Shown: positions 1 through 12,173, numbered from the stretch's first letter. The stretch: DNA of 32,000 bases from Dickeya solani IPO 2222 (GCF_001644705.1 NZ_CP015137.1:1890001-1922000), one strand, 5' to 3'. The notes: generated by a model not told the origin, from the sequence alone. Numbers and translations: made by a program.

Positions 1-329
1 GGGTGTTCCACGGACAGCATCTCGTAAACAGATGCCTCGCAGCCTCCACACCCTGGCGCTCGCGCGCCTGACGTAAACGCCAGCCAAATTGTATGTAGCC
101 GGATCAAGCGTGTCCAGCACACCGCCGGTAAAACAGCGACTCTGCCTGCTTTTTCGCTCATACGCTATCAGCACAGACTGAAAATCACCCGGATCATTAT
201 TAAACAACGCTAATGTTAATGCATTTAACACCCCTGTTAACACCCGTCCGCCGGGCAAATGGGCATTTTGTCGCTAATTACGCGAATGCGCGCATTTTCT
301 TGACGCATCACACACATTTTGATTTCGAT

Positions 330-349
330 ATTTCTCGTTTTCGAACATT
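330..349 (+). promoter_or_regulatory. Putative GlpR operator in the glpFK promoter region
   Basis: The 20-mer ATTTCTCGTT-TTCGAACATT is a near-perfect palindrome. It matches the remembered GlpR operator consensus WATKYTCGWW-WWCGARMATW with one mismatch, and lies about 145 nt upstream of glpF. Confidence 0.45.
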
Positions 350-492
350 AACGATAAATTCACATCCGGAATACAAAAAGAGTCTGCCCGTAAATCTTCT
401 CAAGACAGACGGGACAGACCAGCAACGCGCAGGTTATTCCATCGGCCTGCGTCAACCATCCATGCTGTAGCCTATAAGCAGGAACAAGCATT

Positions 493-1338
493 ATGAGTCA
501 ATCTGAACTTTCTACCCTTAAAGGCCAGTGCATCGCCGAGTTTCTCGGTACTGGCCTGTTGATTTTCTTTGGCGTTGGCTGTGTGGCGGCTTTGAAACTG
601 GCTGGCGCCAGCTTCGGGCAATGGGAAATCAGCATTATCTGGGGGTTGGGCGTCGCCATGGCGATCTACCTGACCGCCGCGATTTCCGGCGCGCACCTCA
701 ATCCGGCGGTCACCATCGCCCTGTGGCTGTTCGCCTGCTTCGATGGCCGCAAGGTGCTGCCTTATATCGTCTCACAGGTGGCCGGCGCATTCTGCTCGGC
801 TGCGCTGGTCTATGGCCTCTATCACAACCTGTTCGACAATATCGAGCAGACGCACAACATGGTGCGCGGCAGTGTGGAAAGCCTCGATCTGGCGGGCATC
901 TTCTCCACCTACCCCAACCCGCACATTTCGGTGCTGCAGGCGTTTCTGGTGGAAATGGTCATCACCGCCATTTTGATGTGCCTGATCCTGGCGTTGACCG
1001 ACGACGGCAACGGCATTCCGCGCGGGCCGCTGGCGCCGCTGTTGATCGGTATTCTGATCGCGGTGATCGGTGCCTCCATGGGGCCATTGACCGGATTTGC
1101 CATGAACCCGGCGCGTGATGCCGGTCCGAAGCTGTTTGCCTATTTCGCCGGCTGGGGCAAGATTGCACTAACCGGCGGGCGCGATATTCCTTATATGCTG
1201 ATACCGATTTTCGGCCCGATTGTCGGTGCCTGTCTGGGCGCGCTCAGCTATCGCACCCTGATTGGCCGCAACTTGCCCTGCGATGTCTGCGCGACAGACG
1301 ACGACACGGCAGCGTCAGCCCAAACCCGTAAGGTCTAA
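493..1338 (+). CDS. glpF: Glycerol uptake facilitator (aquaglyceroporin) GlpF
   Basis: 281-aa ORF with two aquaporin NPA motifs (HLNPAVT, MNPARD). It is colinear with E. coli GlpF (MSQ..STLKGQCIAEFLGTGLLIFFGVGCVAALK) and is followed directly by glpK. Confidence 0.97.
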   Translation: MSQSELSTLKGQCIAEFLGTGLLIFFGVGCVAALKLAGASFGQWEISIIWGLGVAMAIYLTAAISGAHLNPAVTIALWLFACFDGRKVLPYIVSQVAGAFCSAALVYGLYHNLFDNIEQTHNMVRGSVESLDLAGIFSTYPNPHISVLQAFLVEMVITAILMCLILALTDDGNGIPRGPLAPLLIGILIAVIGASMGPLTGFAMNPARDAGPKLFAYFAGWGKIALTGGRDIPYMLIPIFGPIVGACLGALSYRTLIGRNLPCDVCATDDDTAASAQTRKV

Positions 1339-1365
1339 CCCTACTCCGCTAATAGGATTACGTTT

Positions 1366-2877
<1,512 letters not shown>

Positions 2878-2897
2878 AATCATCGTTATCCTTGATC

Positions 2898-2921
2898 GGG
2901 CGCGGCTATCGCGCCCTTTTT
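2898..2921 (+). terminator. Rho-independent terminator after glpK
   Basis: Hairpin GGGCGCG-GCTAT-CGCGCCC followed by TTTTT, about 20 nt after the glpK stop. Confidence 0.7.
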
Positions 2922-3009
2922 CCTTTCCCCCCCACCCCGTCCGTCATTACGCCTGTGCTACCATAATGCCCCGACGATTCCTTTATTCCCCCGCTCAAGA
3001 CAGGTACCC

Positions 3010-4020
3010 ATGAAACGTGAATTAGCCATCGAATTCTCCCGCGTTACCGAAGCGGCCGCGCTGGCCGGTTACAAATGGCTGGGCCGTGGCGATAAGAACG
3101 CCGCCGACAACGCCGCGGTGCAGGCGATGCGCATCATGCTCAATCAGGTCGACATCAACGGTAAAATCGTCATCGGCGAAGGCGAGATCGATGAAGCGCC
3201 GATGCTCTACATCGGCGAGCAGGTGGGTACCGGACGCGGCGACGCAGTGGATATCGCCGTCGATCCGATCGAAGGCACCCGGATGACGGCGATGGGGCAG
3301 GCTAACGCACTGGCGGTGCTGGCGGTAGGCGAGCAGGGAACCTTCCTGCACGCGCCCGACATGTACATGGAAAAGCTGATTGTCGGCCCGCAGGCCAAAG
3401 GCGCCATCGACCTTGACCGCCCGCTGGAAGACAACCTGAAACGGGTCGCAGAACGATTGGGCAAGCCGCTCAACGAACTGACCGTGACTACGCTGGCCAA
3501 GCCGCGCCACGATCGGGTGATCGCCGACATGCAGCGACTGGGCGTAAAAGTGTTCGCCATTCCTGATGGCGACGTGGCCGCCTCTATTCTGACCTGCATG
3601 CCGGAAAGCGAGGTCGACGTGCTCTACGGCATCGGCGGCGCGCCGGAAGGCGTGATCTCGGCGGCGGTGATCCGCGCGCTGGACGGCGACATGCAGGGGC
3701 GTCTGCTGGCCCGCCATCAGGTGAAGGAAGACAATGCGGAAAACCGCCGGCTGGGCGAGCAGGAGCTGGCGCGCTGCCGTGAAATGGGCATCGAAGCCGG
3801 CAAGGTGCTGATGCTGGACGACATGGCGCGCAACGACAACGTGATCTTTTCCGCCACCGGCATCACCAAGGGCGATCTGCTCGACGGCATTTCCCGCCGC
3901 GGTAACATCGCGACCACCGAAACGCTGCTGATCCGCGGCAAATCGCGCACCATCCGTCGCATCAGTTCCACCCATTATCTGGACCGCAAGGATCAGGCGC
4001 TGCACGCCTTTCTGCTGTAG
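3010..4020 (+). CDS. glpX: Class II fructose-1,6-bisphosphatase GlpX
   Basis: 336-aa ORF with N-terminus MKRELAIEFSRVTEAAALAGYKWLGRGDKNAAD, typical of GlpX. Position is syntenic after glpK. Confidence 0.95.
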   Translation: MKRELAIEFSRVTEAAALAGYKWLGRGDKNAADNAAVQAMRIMLNQVDINGKIVIGEGEIDEAPMLYIGEQVGTGRGDAVDIAVDPIEGTRMTAMGQANALAVLAVGEQGTFLHAPDMYMEKLIVGPQAKGAIDLDRPLEDNLKRVAERLGKPLNELTVTTLAKPRHDRVIADMQRLGVKVFAIPDGDVAASILTCMPESEVDVLYGIGGAPEGVISAAVIRALDGDMQGRLLARHQVKEDNAENRRLGEQELARCREMGIEAGKVLMLDDMARNDNVIFSATGITKGDLLDGISRRGNIATTETLLIRGKSRTIRRISSTHYLDRKDQALHAFLL

Positions 4021-4129
4021 CCGCGACAAGGCACGAATTGTTTCACTGTTGTTAACAGATCGCGTATCGTAAAGTCTGGCTGTACGCAGCCCTGTGACAC
4101 CCGAGAGATCAAAACAGGAGCATAGAACC

Positions 4130-4876
4130 ATGGCAGAGTGGGTGACCGGCAAGGTTATTCAGGTTGAACACTGGACGGAAAACTTATTTAGTCTGCGGCT
4201 GGAAGCGCCGGTGGCGTCGTTTACCGCCGGGCAGTTCGCCAAGCTGGCGCTGGAGCTTGACGGCGAACGGGTACAGCGTGCCTATTCATACGTCAACGCC
4301 CCCAGCGATACGCTGCTGGAGTTTTATCTGGTCAACGTGCCGGACGGCAAGCTCAGCCCGCATCTGCACCGTTGCCAGCCAGGCGACGAGGTACTGGTGA
4401 CACAGGAGGCCGCCGGCTTCTTCGTGCTCGACGAAATCCCGGAGTGCGACACCCTGTGGATGCTGGCGACCGGCACCGCCATCGGCCCGTATCTGTCGAT
4501 TCTGCAGGAAGGACGCGGCCTGGAACGCTTCAAACACATCGTGCTGGTGCACGCCGCCCGTTTCGCCCGTGACCTGAGTTTTCTGCCGCTGATGCAACAG
4601 CTGGAACAACGCTATGACGGTAAGCTGCGCATCCAGACCGTGGTCAGCCGCGAGGAACAGCCCGGTTCACTCACCGGCCGTGTGCCAGCGCTGATTGAAA
4701 GCGGCGCGCTGGAAGCAGCGGTCGGCCTGCCGATGGACGCGGCGACCAGCCACGTTATGCTGTGCGGCAACCCGCAGATGGTGCGGGATACCCAGCAGTT
4801 GCTCAAAGACACGCGGCAGATGAGCAAACACCTGCGCCGTCGTCCCGGCCATATGACCAGCGAGCACTACTGGTAA
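4130..4876 (+). CDS. fpr: Ferredoxin/flavodoxin-NADP+ reductase Fpr
   Basis: Strong similarity to E. coli Fpr from MAEWVTGKV to the C-terminal HYW. The ORF track begins at GTG 4094, but ATG 4130 matches the E. coli N-terminus and is preceded by AGGAG at 4116-4120. Confidence 0.93.
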   Translation: MAEWVTGKVIQVEHWTENLFSLRLEAPVASFTAGQFAKLALELDGERVQRAYSYVNAPSDTLLEFYLVNVPDGKLSPHLHRCQPGDEVLVTQEAAGFFVLDEIPECDTLWMLATGTAIGPYLSILQEGRGLERFKHIVLVHAARFARDLSFLPLMQQLEQRYDGKLRIQTVVSREEQPGSLTGRVPALIESGALEAAVGLPMDAATSHVMLCGNPQMVRDTQQLLKDTRQMSKHLRRRPGHMTSEHYW

Positions 4877-4889
4877 CAGCAGGCGGGGC

Positions 4890-5315
4890 TCAGGAAGCGC
4901 GGAGCCGCAACGGCTCCGCCGCCGGTCCGAAACGGTTTCCAGTCGTACCGACGAACGCGCCGCAATCCAGCGCCATCATCACGGCAATCAACGTAGGCAG
5001 AAAACGCTCTAGTCCCCACTGACCGAGCGGCGGCAGCATCGACCAGTTGCCGTTACCCAGCATCCAGGCCACCACCAGCAATAATGCCCACCAGCCGCTT
5101 TTGTTGCGGTCATGCAGCCGTTTGACCAGTATCGCCGCCAGCGGCCACATCAACACCACCAGTACGAACGCCGCTTTCTGGGTTTCCAGCCAGCCGGTAC
5201 CGGCCAGCATGAACACCCCCACCATCAGCGCCAGCACGATCGCTATTCCTAACCAAAAATCCCGGCGGCCAACACGGCCGCGAAACGAAAAACACCATTG
5301 TTGTATCGTCATCAC
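4890..5315 (-). CDS. yiiR: DUF805 inner-membrane protein (YiiR-like)
   Basis: 141-aa hydrophobic ORF with the DUF805-type N-terminal motif FSFRGRVGRRDFW. It occupies the position of E. coli yiiR between fpr and yiiQ. Confidence 0.8.
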   Translation of the reverse strand: MMTIQQWCFSFRGRVGRRDFWLGIAIVLALMVGVFMLAGTGWLETQKAAFVLVVLMWPLAAILVKRLHDRNKSGWWALLLVVAWMLGNGNWSMLPPLGQWGLERFLPTLIAVMMALDCGAFVGTTGNRFGPAAEPLRLRAS

Positions 5316-5457
5316 TTTCCATCCCCGAATGCGGTTCTACGGGCATAAGTTTACCTTAAGTCAGGTGGTGTTTTTTACCGCACGTTTTGACAATCGATCC
5401 CGAATCCCGTTTTAATCACACAGCATGCCAACGATAAGTGACGATACTAATGAATTG

Positions 5458-6054
5458 ATGATGAAAAATGCCCTGTTGATTGTTTGTTGCCTGTCTGCTG
5501 GACTACTCTGCACTCCGTTTGCCCGAAGTGACGGTCTGTTCCAGCAAAAACCCCCGACCGCCGCGCCTTATCTGCTGTCAGGTTCTCCCACGTTCGATAT
5601 GAACATCATACAGTTTCGCACTCGCTATAACCTGAGCAACCCATCGTTGCCGATTAGCGAATACCGGGTGATCGATACCGGCGATGACTCGCCCAATCTG
5701 ACGCGCGCCGCCAGCCGCATCAACGATCGCCTGTATTCTTCCACCGCGCTGGAAAAAGGCACCGGCAAGATCAAAACCATGCAGATTACCTGGCTGCCCA
5801 AACCAAAAGACACCGACCAAAGCGGGCGACGCAAACAGGCTATCGGGTACATGGCGGCGCTGGTGCGTACTTTTATGCCGTCGTTGACCAACGAGCAAAG
5901 CCTGAAAAAGATCGAAACATTGCTGGAAAAAGGCAAAGGTCAGCGCTTTTACCAGCAAACGGAGGGAGCGTTGCGCTACGTCGTGGCGGATCATGGCGAA
6001 AAAGGGCTAACTTTCGCTGTTGAACCGATTAAGCTGGCGCTATCTGATTCGTGA
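5458..6054 (+). CDS. yiiQ: DUF1454 periplasmic protein YiiQ
   Basis: Clear similarity to E. coli YiiQ (APYLL.G.PTFD..I.QFR, NLTRAAS.IN..LY.STALE.G, GALRYVVAD.GEKGLTFAVEPIKLALS). The start is placed at MMKNALLIV, which gives a signal peptide; the ORF track begins at 5425. Confidence 0.85.
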   Translation: MMKNALLIVCCLSAGLLCTPFARSDGLFQQKPPTAAPYLLSGSPTFDMNIIQFRTRYNLSNPSLPISEYRVIDTGDDSPNLTRAASRINDRLYSSTALEKGTGKIKTMQITWLPKPKDTDQSGRRKQAIGYMAALVRTFMPSLTNEQSLKKIETLLEKGKGQRFYQQTEGALRYVVADHGEKGLTFAVEPIKLALSDS

Positions 6055-6195
6055 TCACATCGAGAATTAGGCACGAAAAACAGAGCCACCGTGCCATTTC
6101 AACTCTATACTATCGTCAGTTTTGTATCATCGTCAGATTGGCTGCCTGACGCAGCCATGTATTGATTAACTGGCAAATCGCCTGGAGGAAACAAG

Positions 6196-6966
6196 ATGCG
6201 ACACCCCTTAGTCATGGGCAACTGGAAGCTGAACGGCAGCACCAGCATGGTTCACGAACTGATTGCCGGCCTGCGTAACGAACTGAGCGCCGTTACCGGT
6301 TGTGGCGTGGCCATCGCGCCGCCGGCTATTTATCTGGATCAAGCTAAACACCTGCTGGCAGGCAGCCGTATTGCACTGGGTGCCCAGAACGTGGACGTCA
6401 ACCTTGCCGGCGCCTTCACCGGTGAAACCTCCGCCGCCATGCTGAAAGACATCGGCGCCAAATACATCATCATCGGCCACTCCGAACGCCGTACTTATCA
6501 TCACGAAAGCGACGAATTCATCGCTAAAAAATTCGCCGTGCTGAAAGAAACCGGCCTGATTCCGGTACTGTGCATCGGTGAAACCGAAGCCGAAAACGAA
6601 GCCGGCCAGACCGAAGCCGTATGCGCGCGTCAACTGGATGCCGTGCTGAATACGCTGGGTGCAAAAGCGTTCGAAAACACCGTGGTTGCCTATGAGCCGG
6701 TTTGGGCCATCGGCACCGGCAAATCCGCCACCCCGGCGCAGGCGCAGGCGGTGCATAAATTCATCCGCAACCACATCGCTAAACAGGATGCAGCGGTAGC
6801 CGAGCAGGTAATCATTCAGTACGGCGGGTCGGTCAATGCCGCCAACGCCGCTGAGCTCTTCACCCAGCCGGACATCGACGGCGCGCTGGTTGGCGGCGCC
6901 TCGCTGAAAGCCGATGCCTTCGCGGTCATCGTCAAAGCGGCCGCCGAAGCCAAAAGCCAAGCCTGA
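6196..6966 (+). CDS. tpiA: Triosephosphate isomerase
   Basis: 256-aa ORF with [22 protein letters not shown] and [11 protein letters not shown] signatures. Confidence 0.98.
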   Translation: MRHPLVMGNWKLNGSTSMVHELIAGLRNELSAVTGCGVAIAPPAIYLDQAKHLLAGSRIALGAQNVDVNLAGAFTGETSAAMLKDIGAKYIIIGHSERRTYHHESDEFIAKKFAVLKETGLIPVLCIGETEAENEAGQTEAVCARQLDAVLNTLGAKAFENTVVAYEPVWAIGTGKSATPAQAQAVHKFIRNHIAKQDAAVAEQVIIQYGGSVNAANAAELFTQPDIDGALVGGASLKADAFAVIVKAAAEAKSQA

Positions 6967-6988
6967 TTAGCCCCGCTGATATCGCATA

Positions 6989-7017
6989 ACGGCTCCTCTT
7001 CGGGAGCCGTTTTTTTA
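6989..7017 (+). terminator. Rho-independent terminator after tpiA
   Basis: Hairpin ACGGCTCC-TCTTCG-GGAGCCGT followed by a run of T residues. Confidence 0.8.
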
Positions 7018-7054
7018 TGCCTTTTTTCCACCCATGCCGGCTGCATTCATCATT

Positions 7055-7073
7055 CTGTCATTTTCTCTGTCTA
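7055..7073 (+). promoter_or_regulatory. Pho-box-like direct repeat upstream of phoA
   Basis: CTGTCAT-TTTCT-CTGTCTA resembles the PhoB box CTGTCATAWAWCTGTCAY, with the spacer one nt longer than consensus. It lies about 50 nt upstream of the phoA start. Confidence 0.4.
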
Positions 7074-7120
7074 GGTTTTACCACACATGTTTATTTGTTA
7101 CTTAATTTAACAGCGAGTGA

Positions 7121-8575
7121 ATGACAATGATCCGTAAGGCTTTGATCCGCAAAACTCTGATCAACAAAACCCTGATCCACAAAACCCTGCTCTCTTCTCT
7201 GATGATGACGCTTATCGCCGGTAGCGCACTGGCCGCCAGCGCCGATTACCACCGTCAGGCTCAGGGCGACATCACTCAGCCCGGCGGCGCGCGCCGCCTC
7301 AGCGCCGATCAGACCGAGATGCTGAAAGCCTCACTCAACGCGAAAACCGCCAAAAACGTGATTCTGCTGATTGGCGACGGCATGGGCGACTCTGAAATCA
7401 CTGCCGCGCGCAACTACGCGCTGGGCGCAGGCGGTTTCTTCAAAGGCATCGACGCGCTGCCGCTGACCGGTCAGTACACCCACTACTCGCTGGACAAGAA
7501 AACCCGCAAACCGGACTACGTCACCGACTCCGCCGCGTCGGCCACTGCCTGGTCCAGCGGCGTCAAAACCTACAACGGCGCGCTGGGCGTGGATGTGGAC
7601 GGCAAAGACCACAGCACGCTGATTGAAATCGCCAAAGCGGCGGGCAAAGCCACCGGCAACGTTTCCACCGCCGAACTGGAAGACGCCACGCCGGCCGCAA
7701 TGGTGTCGCACGTAACGTCCCGTAAGTGCTACGGCCCGGAAAAAACCAGCCAGCAGTGCCCGACTAACGCACTGGAAAACGGCGGCCGCGGTTCCATCGC
7801 CGAACAGCTGCTGGTTAGCCGCGCCGATGTCACGCTGGGCGGTGGCGCGGCCACGTTCAAAGAAATCGCCAAAGCCGGTAAATATCAGGGTAAAAGCCTG
7901 AAAGAACAGGCGGACGCGCTGGGCTACCACCTCGTAACCGATCTGGACGGCATGAATGCCGTTACCGCCGCCAGCCAGAGCAAGCCGGTGCTGGGCCTGT
8001 TCGCCGACGGCAACATGCCGGTGCGCTGGCAGGGACCGAAAGCCAGCTACCACGGCAACCTCGATAAACCGGTAGTGACCTGTGAACCCAACGCCCAGCG
8101 CGGCGCCGGCGTACCGACACTGTCGCAAATGACCGATAAAGCCATCCAGTTGTTGAGCAAGAACAAAAACGGTTTCTTCCTGCAGGTGGAAGGCGCCTCT
8201 ATCGACAAGCAGGACCACGCCGCCAACCCGTGCGGTCAGTTCGGCGAAACGGTGGATCTGGACGAAGCGGTACAGAAAGCGCTGGAATTCGCCCGTCGCG
8301 ACGGTAACACGCTGGTGATCGTCACCGCCGACCACGCCCACTCCAGCCAGATCGTCGAAAACGGCGCCAAAGCACCGGGCCTGACGCAGGCGCTGAACAC
8401 CAAAGATGACGCAGTGATGACCATCAGCTACGGCAACTCGGAAGAAGAGTCGCAGGGCCACACCGGCACCCAGCTGCGCATCGCCGCCTACGGTCCGCAC
8501 GCCGCTAACGTGGTGGGACTGACCGACCAGACCGACCTGTTCTACACCATGAAAAACGCGATGGGACTGAAATAA
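7121..8575 (+). CDS. phoA: Alkaline phosphatase
   Basis: 484-aa ORF with the active-site motif [12 protein letters not shown] and metal-ligand regions ([23 protein letters not shown]). It has an N-terminal signal peptide with an unusual repeat-containing n-region. Confidence 0.93.
   Translation: MTMIRKALIRKTLINKTLIHKTLLSSLMMTLIAGSALAASADYHRQAQGDITQPGGARRLSADQTEMLKASLNAKTAKNVILLIGDGMGDSEITAARNYALGAGGFFKGIDALPLTGQYTHYSLDKKTRKPDYVTDSAASATAWSSGVKTYNGALGVDVDGKDHSTLIEIAKAAGKATGNVSTAELEDATPAAMVSHVTSRKCYGPEKTSQQCPTNALENGGRGSIAEQLLVSRADVTLGGGAATFKEIAKAGKYQGKSLKEQADALGYHLVTDLDGMNAVTAASQSKPVLGLFADGNMPVRWQGPKASYHGNLDKPVVTCEPNAQRGAGVPTLSQMTDKAIQLLSKNKNGFFLQVEGASIDKQDHAANPCGQFGETVDLDEAVQKALEFARRDGNTLVIVTADHAHSSQIVENGAKAPGLTQALNTKDDAVMTISYGNSEEESQGHTGTQLRIAAYGPHAANVVGLTDQTDLFYTMKNAMGLK
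7127..7186 (+). repeat. 15-bp imperfect tandem repeat x4, in frame at the 5' end of phoA
   Basis: The units are ATGATCCGTAAGGCT, TTGATCCGCAAAACT, CTGATCAACAAAACC and CTGATCCACAAAACC. They encode [20 protein letters not shown]. Confidence 0.85.
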
Positions 8576-8613
8576 TCCCGGCATCCGATAGCATAGCCGT
8601 CGATCCGCAATCA

Positions 8614-8645
8614 TAAAAAAGGCAGGTACGAAACCTGCCTTTTTA
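8614..8645. terminator. Bidirectional rho-independent terminator between convergent phoA and aguA
   Basis: Hairpin AGGCAGGT-ACGAA-ACCTGCCT is flanked by an A-run upstream and TTTTTAT downstream, so it could serve both strands. Confidence 0.75.
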
Positions 8646-8669
8646 TCTGATAGACAACAACGGGTTACA

Positions 8670-9770
8670 TTACAACGAGTTCGCCGCCGGAATTTGCTGC
8701 GTAATACAGTGGATGTTGCCGCCGCCCAGCAGGATCTCACGGGCTGGCACACCGCTTACCAGGTAGTCAGGGAACATCTGTTGCAACAGCCCATGCGCCT
8801 GTGCATCGGTGCGTTCATCCAGCAGCGGGTAAATGATCTGCTGATTGCTGATCAGAAAATTGACGTACGACCCTGCCAGCCGCGACCCGGCGTTACGTTC
8901 AATGGCGTTGCCATCGGTCACGCCCGCCGCTTCTTCCGGCGTAGCGTACAGCGGACCCGGCGCCGGCAGTTTCCAGATTTTCAGCGCCCGTCCCTGCGCA
9001 TCCTTCACCTGCGATAGCACCTGATACGCCGCCAGAGAGCGGGCGTACTGTGGGTCGGTTTCATCGTCGGTCCAGTGCAACGCCACTTCGCCGGGGCGCA
9101 CAAAACAGCACATGTTGTCGATGTGACCGTCGGTTTCGTCGTTATACACGCCCTCTTCCAGCCAGATAAAGGCGGTGACGCCGAGATAATCCCGCAGCAG
9201 TTGTTCAATCTGCGCCTTGTTCAGGTGCGGATTGCGGTTCGGGTTCAGCAGGCACTCGGCAGTGGTCAGCAGCGTGCCTTCGCCATCGGTGTGGATGGAG
9301 CCGCCTTCCAGAATCAGCGGGGCGGCGTAACGCGCATCGCCGTGATACGCCAGCACCTGCGCCGCCACGTTTTCGTCACGACGCCAGTCTTCGTACAGTC
9401 CGCCCAAGTCACCGCCCCAGGCGTTGAACTGCCAGTCGACGCCACGGCGTTCGCCGGCGTCGTTCAGCACCACGGTTGGCCCGGTGTCGCGCATCCAGGC
9501 GTCGTCGCTTTCCATTTCCACCAGCGTGACGCCGGCCGGCATGACGCGTTTGGCCAGCGCCATCTGGTCGCGCGGTACGCCCATGATAACCGGCGTGGTC
9601 TGCGCAATCGCAGCGGCGACGGCGGCAAAGGTTTGCTGAGCCGGAATGGCATCCCCTTGCGAACGCCAGTTGTCGCGGCGATACGGCCACAACATCCATA
9701 CGGCGTCGTGCGGCGCCCATTCCGCCGGCATGGAGAAACCGTCCTGCAACGGCGTGGTCAGTTCAGACAT
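8670..9770 (-). CDS. aguA: Agmatine deiminase
   Basis: 366-aa ORF with the C-terminal catalytic-Cys motif [11 protein letters not shown] and an N-terminal [10 protein letters not shown] motif, both typical of AguA. Confidence 0.92.
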   Translation of the reverse strand: MSELTTPLQDGFSMPAEWAPHDAVWMLWPYRRDNWRSQGDAIPAQQTFAAVAAAIAQTTPVIMGVPRDQMALAKRVMPAGVTLVEMESDDAWMRDTGPTVVLNDAGERRGVDWQFNAWGGDLGGLYEDWRRDENVAAQVLAYHGDARYAAPLILEGGSIHTDGEGTLLTTAECLLNPNRNPHLNKAQIEQLLRDYLGVTAFIWLEEGVYNDETDGHIDNMCCFVRPGEVALHWTDDETDPQYARSLAAYQVLSQVKDAQGRALKIWKLPAPGPLYATPEEAAGVTDGNAIERNAGSRLAGSYVNFLISNQQIIYPLLDERTDAQAHGLLQQMFPDYLVSGVPAREILLGGGNIHCITQQIPAANSL

Positions 9771-9773
9771 CGC

Positions 9774-10658
9774 TTATCTCCAGGTCTTGCCGTCAGACGT
9801 GCCGATTACGCCGTACATGTCCGGGCGGCGATCGCGGAACAGACCCCAGGAAGCGCGCTGCGCGGCAATAGCGTCCAGATCGAACTCGTGCACCAGCACC
9901 GCTTCATCCGTTTTATTGGCCTGCGCCACCAGCGCGCCGGTTTGATCGGCGATGAACGACGAACCGTAGAAGGTCATTTCCAGACCGTCGATATATTTGC
10001 TGGCTTCGGTACCGATACGGTTGGAGGCGATCACCGGAACCAGGTTGGCGGCGGCATGGCCCTGCTGTACGCGGGTCCAGTGCGGCTGGCTGTCGATGTC
10101 CGGATACGCCGGTTCGGAGCCGATGGCGGTCGGGTAGAAAATCAGCTCGGCGCCCTTGAGCGCCAGGCAACGGGCGGTTTCCGGGAACCATTGATCCCAG
10201 CAGATGCCCACGCCTACTTTGGCGTAGCGGGTTTGCCACACTTTGAAACCGGTGTCGCCCGGAATAAAGAACTGTTTTTCCTGATAGGCCGGGCCGTTCG
10301 GAATATGGGTTTTGCGATACACGTCCAGCACGCTGCCGTCGGCGTCGATCATCACCAACGAGTTGTAGTAGGCATTATTGGCGCGCTCGAAGAAGCTCAG
10401 CGGCAGCACCACTTCCAGCTCGGCCGCCAGCGCGGAGAAGTGTTGGATAAGCTCGCTGGTTGCCAGCTCCTGCGCCAGCGCATAATGCTCCGGACTCTGG
10501 TCGATGCAGAAATAAGGCGCAGCAAACAATTCCTGAATCAGAATGATTTGTGCCCCCTGAGCATGCGCCTGACGCACCAGCCTTTCGGCGTTTTCGATAT
10601 TGTTTGGCAAATCCCAGGTGCAGGCCATCTGCGTGGCGGCAACGGTAACTTTTGTCAT
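9774..10658 (-). CDS. aguB: N-carbamoylputrescine amidohydrolase (CN-hydrolase family)
   Basis: 294-aa ORF of the nitrilase/CN-hydrolase fold with the catalytic-Cys context GVGICWDQWFPE. It lies 3 nt upstream of aguA, consistent with an operon. Confidence 0.92.
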   Translation of the reverse strand: MTKVTVAATQMACTWDLPNNIENAERLVRQAHAQGAQIILIQELFAAPYFCIDQSPEHYALAQELATSELIQHFSALAAELEVVLPLSFFERANNAYYNSLVMIDADGSVLDVYRKTHIPNGPAYQEKQFFIPGDTGFKVWQTRYAKVGVGICWDQWFPETARCLALKGAELIFYPTAIGSEPAYPDIDSQPHWTRVQQGHAAANLVPVIASNRIGTEASKYIDGLEMTFYGSSFIADQTGALVAQANKTDEAVLVHEFDLDAIAAQRASWGLFRDRRPDMYGVIGTSDGKTWR

Positions 10659-10911
10659 GCGAAAACCTCAATAATTTCTGTATGGGTGCTCATGCCTGCG
10701 CCACCAGCGGCGTGGTAATAGCAAGAGTCTGGTAAAAAGTTTAGGTCAACAACTCACCCTGTGCCCGGCGAGCGCCGTCATGCGTGAAGCGGCACAGCAG
10801 GGCCGCGCCATTATGCCAGCGAATCATGACGGTGGGGATGCACTGCGCCTCCCGTTACCGGCTGCCGGCACGCGTATCGTTCGCCAATGATTTTGCCGTT
10901 TTCTATTTTCC

Positions 10912-10951
10912 AATAAGAAATCCCGCCTTGGTGAGCGGGATTTGCTTTTTT
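10912..10951 (-). terminator. Probable pfkA terminator (hairpin with T-rich flanks on both strands)
   Basis: On the minus strand, AAATCCCGC-TCACCAAG-GCGGGATTT is followed by CTTATT. On the plus strand the same hairpin is followed by GCTTTTTT. Confidence 0.5.
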
Positions 10952-10975
10952 GGCCCGGCCGTCGCCGGGCTCGCA

Positions 10976-11938
10976 TCAGAACAGCTTCTTGGCGGTATTA
11001 AGCCAGTCGCCTTTGAACGGGCGCTTCATGTTCTCGATGGCGTCGATAATATCATGATGGACCAGTTTTTCATTCTGGATCCCGACGCACCGGCCGCCGT
11101 AGCCTTGCTGCAGCAGTTCGATGGAGTACGCGCCCATGCGGGAGGCAAGGATACGGTCATACGCTACCGGCGACCCGCCGCGCTGGATGTGACCCAGCAC
11201 GGTGGCGCGGGTTTCGCGCCCGGTTTCCTGCTCGATGTAGCGCGCCAGTTCGCCCACATCGCACACCAGTTCGGTAATGGCCACAATGGCGTGCTTTTTG
11301 CCTCTGGCGATACCGGCTTTGATCTCTTCAACCAAATCTTCCGGTTTGAAATCCACTTCCGGCAAGACAATGAATTCACAGCCGCCGGCAATCGCCGCCG
11401 CCAGCGTCAGATCGCCGCAATGGCGCCCCATCACTTCCACGATGGAAATACGCTGGTGTGAAGAAGAGGTGTCACGCAGGCGGTCAATCGCTTCCACCAC
11501 GGTTTCCAGCGCGGTGAAATAACCGATGGTGTAGTCGGTGCCGGCAACGTCGTTATCAATGGTGCCCGGCAAGCCGATGCAAGGGAAGCCCATTTCCGTC
11601 AGGCGTTTGGCCCCCATGTAGGAACCGTCGCCGCCGATCACCACCAGCGCGTCCAGGCAGCGTTTTTTCATGTTTTCCACGCACACCTGACGCACCGCTT
11701 CTTCGCGGAACGCCGGAAAACGGGCGGACCCGAGGAACGTGCCGCCGCGGTTGATCACGTCCGACACGCTATAGCGGTCCAACTGCACCATGCGATCTTC
11801 GTACAAACCCAGATAGCCATCATAGATGCCGTATACGTCCAGGTTTTCCGCTAACCCTGCTCGCACCACGCCACGAATGGCCGCATTCATTCCCGGCGCA
11901 TCGCCACCGCTCGTCAGTACTCCGATTTTTTTAATCAT
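10976..11938 (-). CDS. pfkA: ATP-dependent 6-phosphofructokinase
   Basis: 320-aa ORF starting [26 protein letters not shown], with full-length similarity to E. coli PfkA. Confidence 0.98.
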   Translation of the reverse strand: MIKKIGVLTSGGDAPGMNAAIRGVVRAGLAENLDVYGIYDGYLGLYEDRMVQLDRYSVSDVINRGGTFLGSARFPAFREEAVRQVCVENMKKRCLDALVVIGGDGSYMGAKRLTEMGFPCIGLPGTIDNDVAGTDYTIGYFTALETVVEAIDRLRDTSSSHQRISIVEVMGRHCGDLTLAAAIAGGCEFIVLPEVDFKPEDLVEEIKAGIARGKKHAIVAITELVCDVGELARYIEQETGRETRATVLGHIQRGGSPVAYDRILASRMGAYSIELLQQGYGGRCVGIQNEKLVHHDIIDAIENMKRPFKGDWLNTAKKLF

Positions 11939-12173
11939 GACAACCTCTGGATTTGTAGATGTAAACTCGCAGATTCTTCTATCTCAAGGCCCACAGGACA
12001 AAGCCTAACCGTTTATGAGCATATTATAACAAATACCCACAGCTGAATTGATTCAGGTCAGGCCTAATGCCCCATAAAAATCTACCGCATATCACATTTT
12101 TACAACACTTTCGGATATCGGCGGTGTTCTCTCGCCTGTTAGCCCGCCCTGAACGCAGTCGTGCGCCGCGGAC

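Noticed and set aside
1-161. Possible partial genes at the left edge: a minus-strand ORF starting at ATG 161 and running out of the window (MSEKAGRVAVLPAVCW..), or a plus-strand ORF ending with TGA at 69-71.
   Set aside because: Both frames are open, neither has a convincing RBS or recognisable motif, and only about 50 codons are visible. They cannot be told apart from chance ORFs in GC-rich DNA.
213-470. 85-aa plus-strand ORF upstream of glpF.
   Set aside because: It lies in the AT-rich glpFK control region, which contains a GlpR-operator-like palindrome. It has no RBS or recognisable similarity and is most likely non-coding promoter DNA.
4094-4129. Upstream GTG start for fpr, as given in the ORF track.
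   Set aside because: The E. coli Fpr N-terminus aligns with ATG 4130, which has an AGGAG RBS. The 12-codon extension is unsupported.
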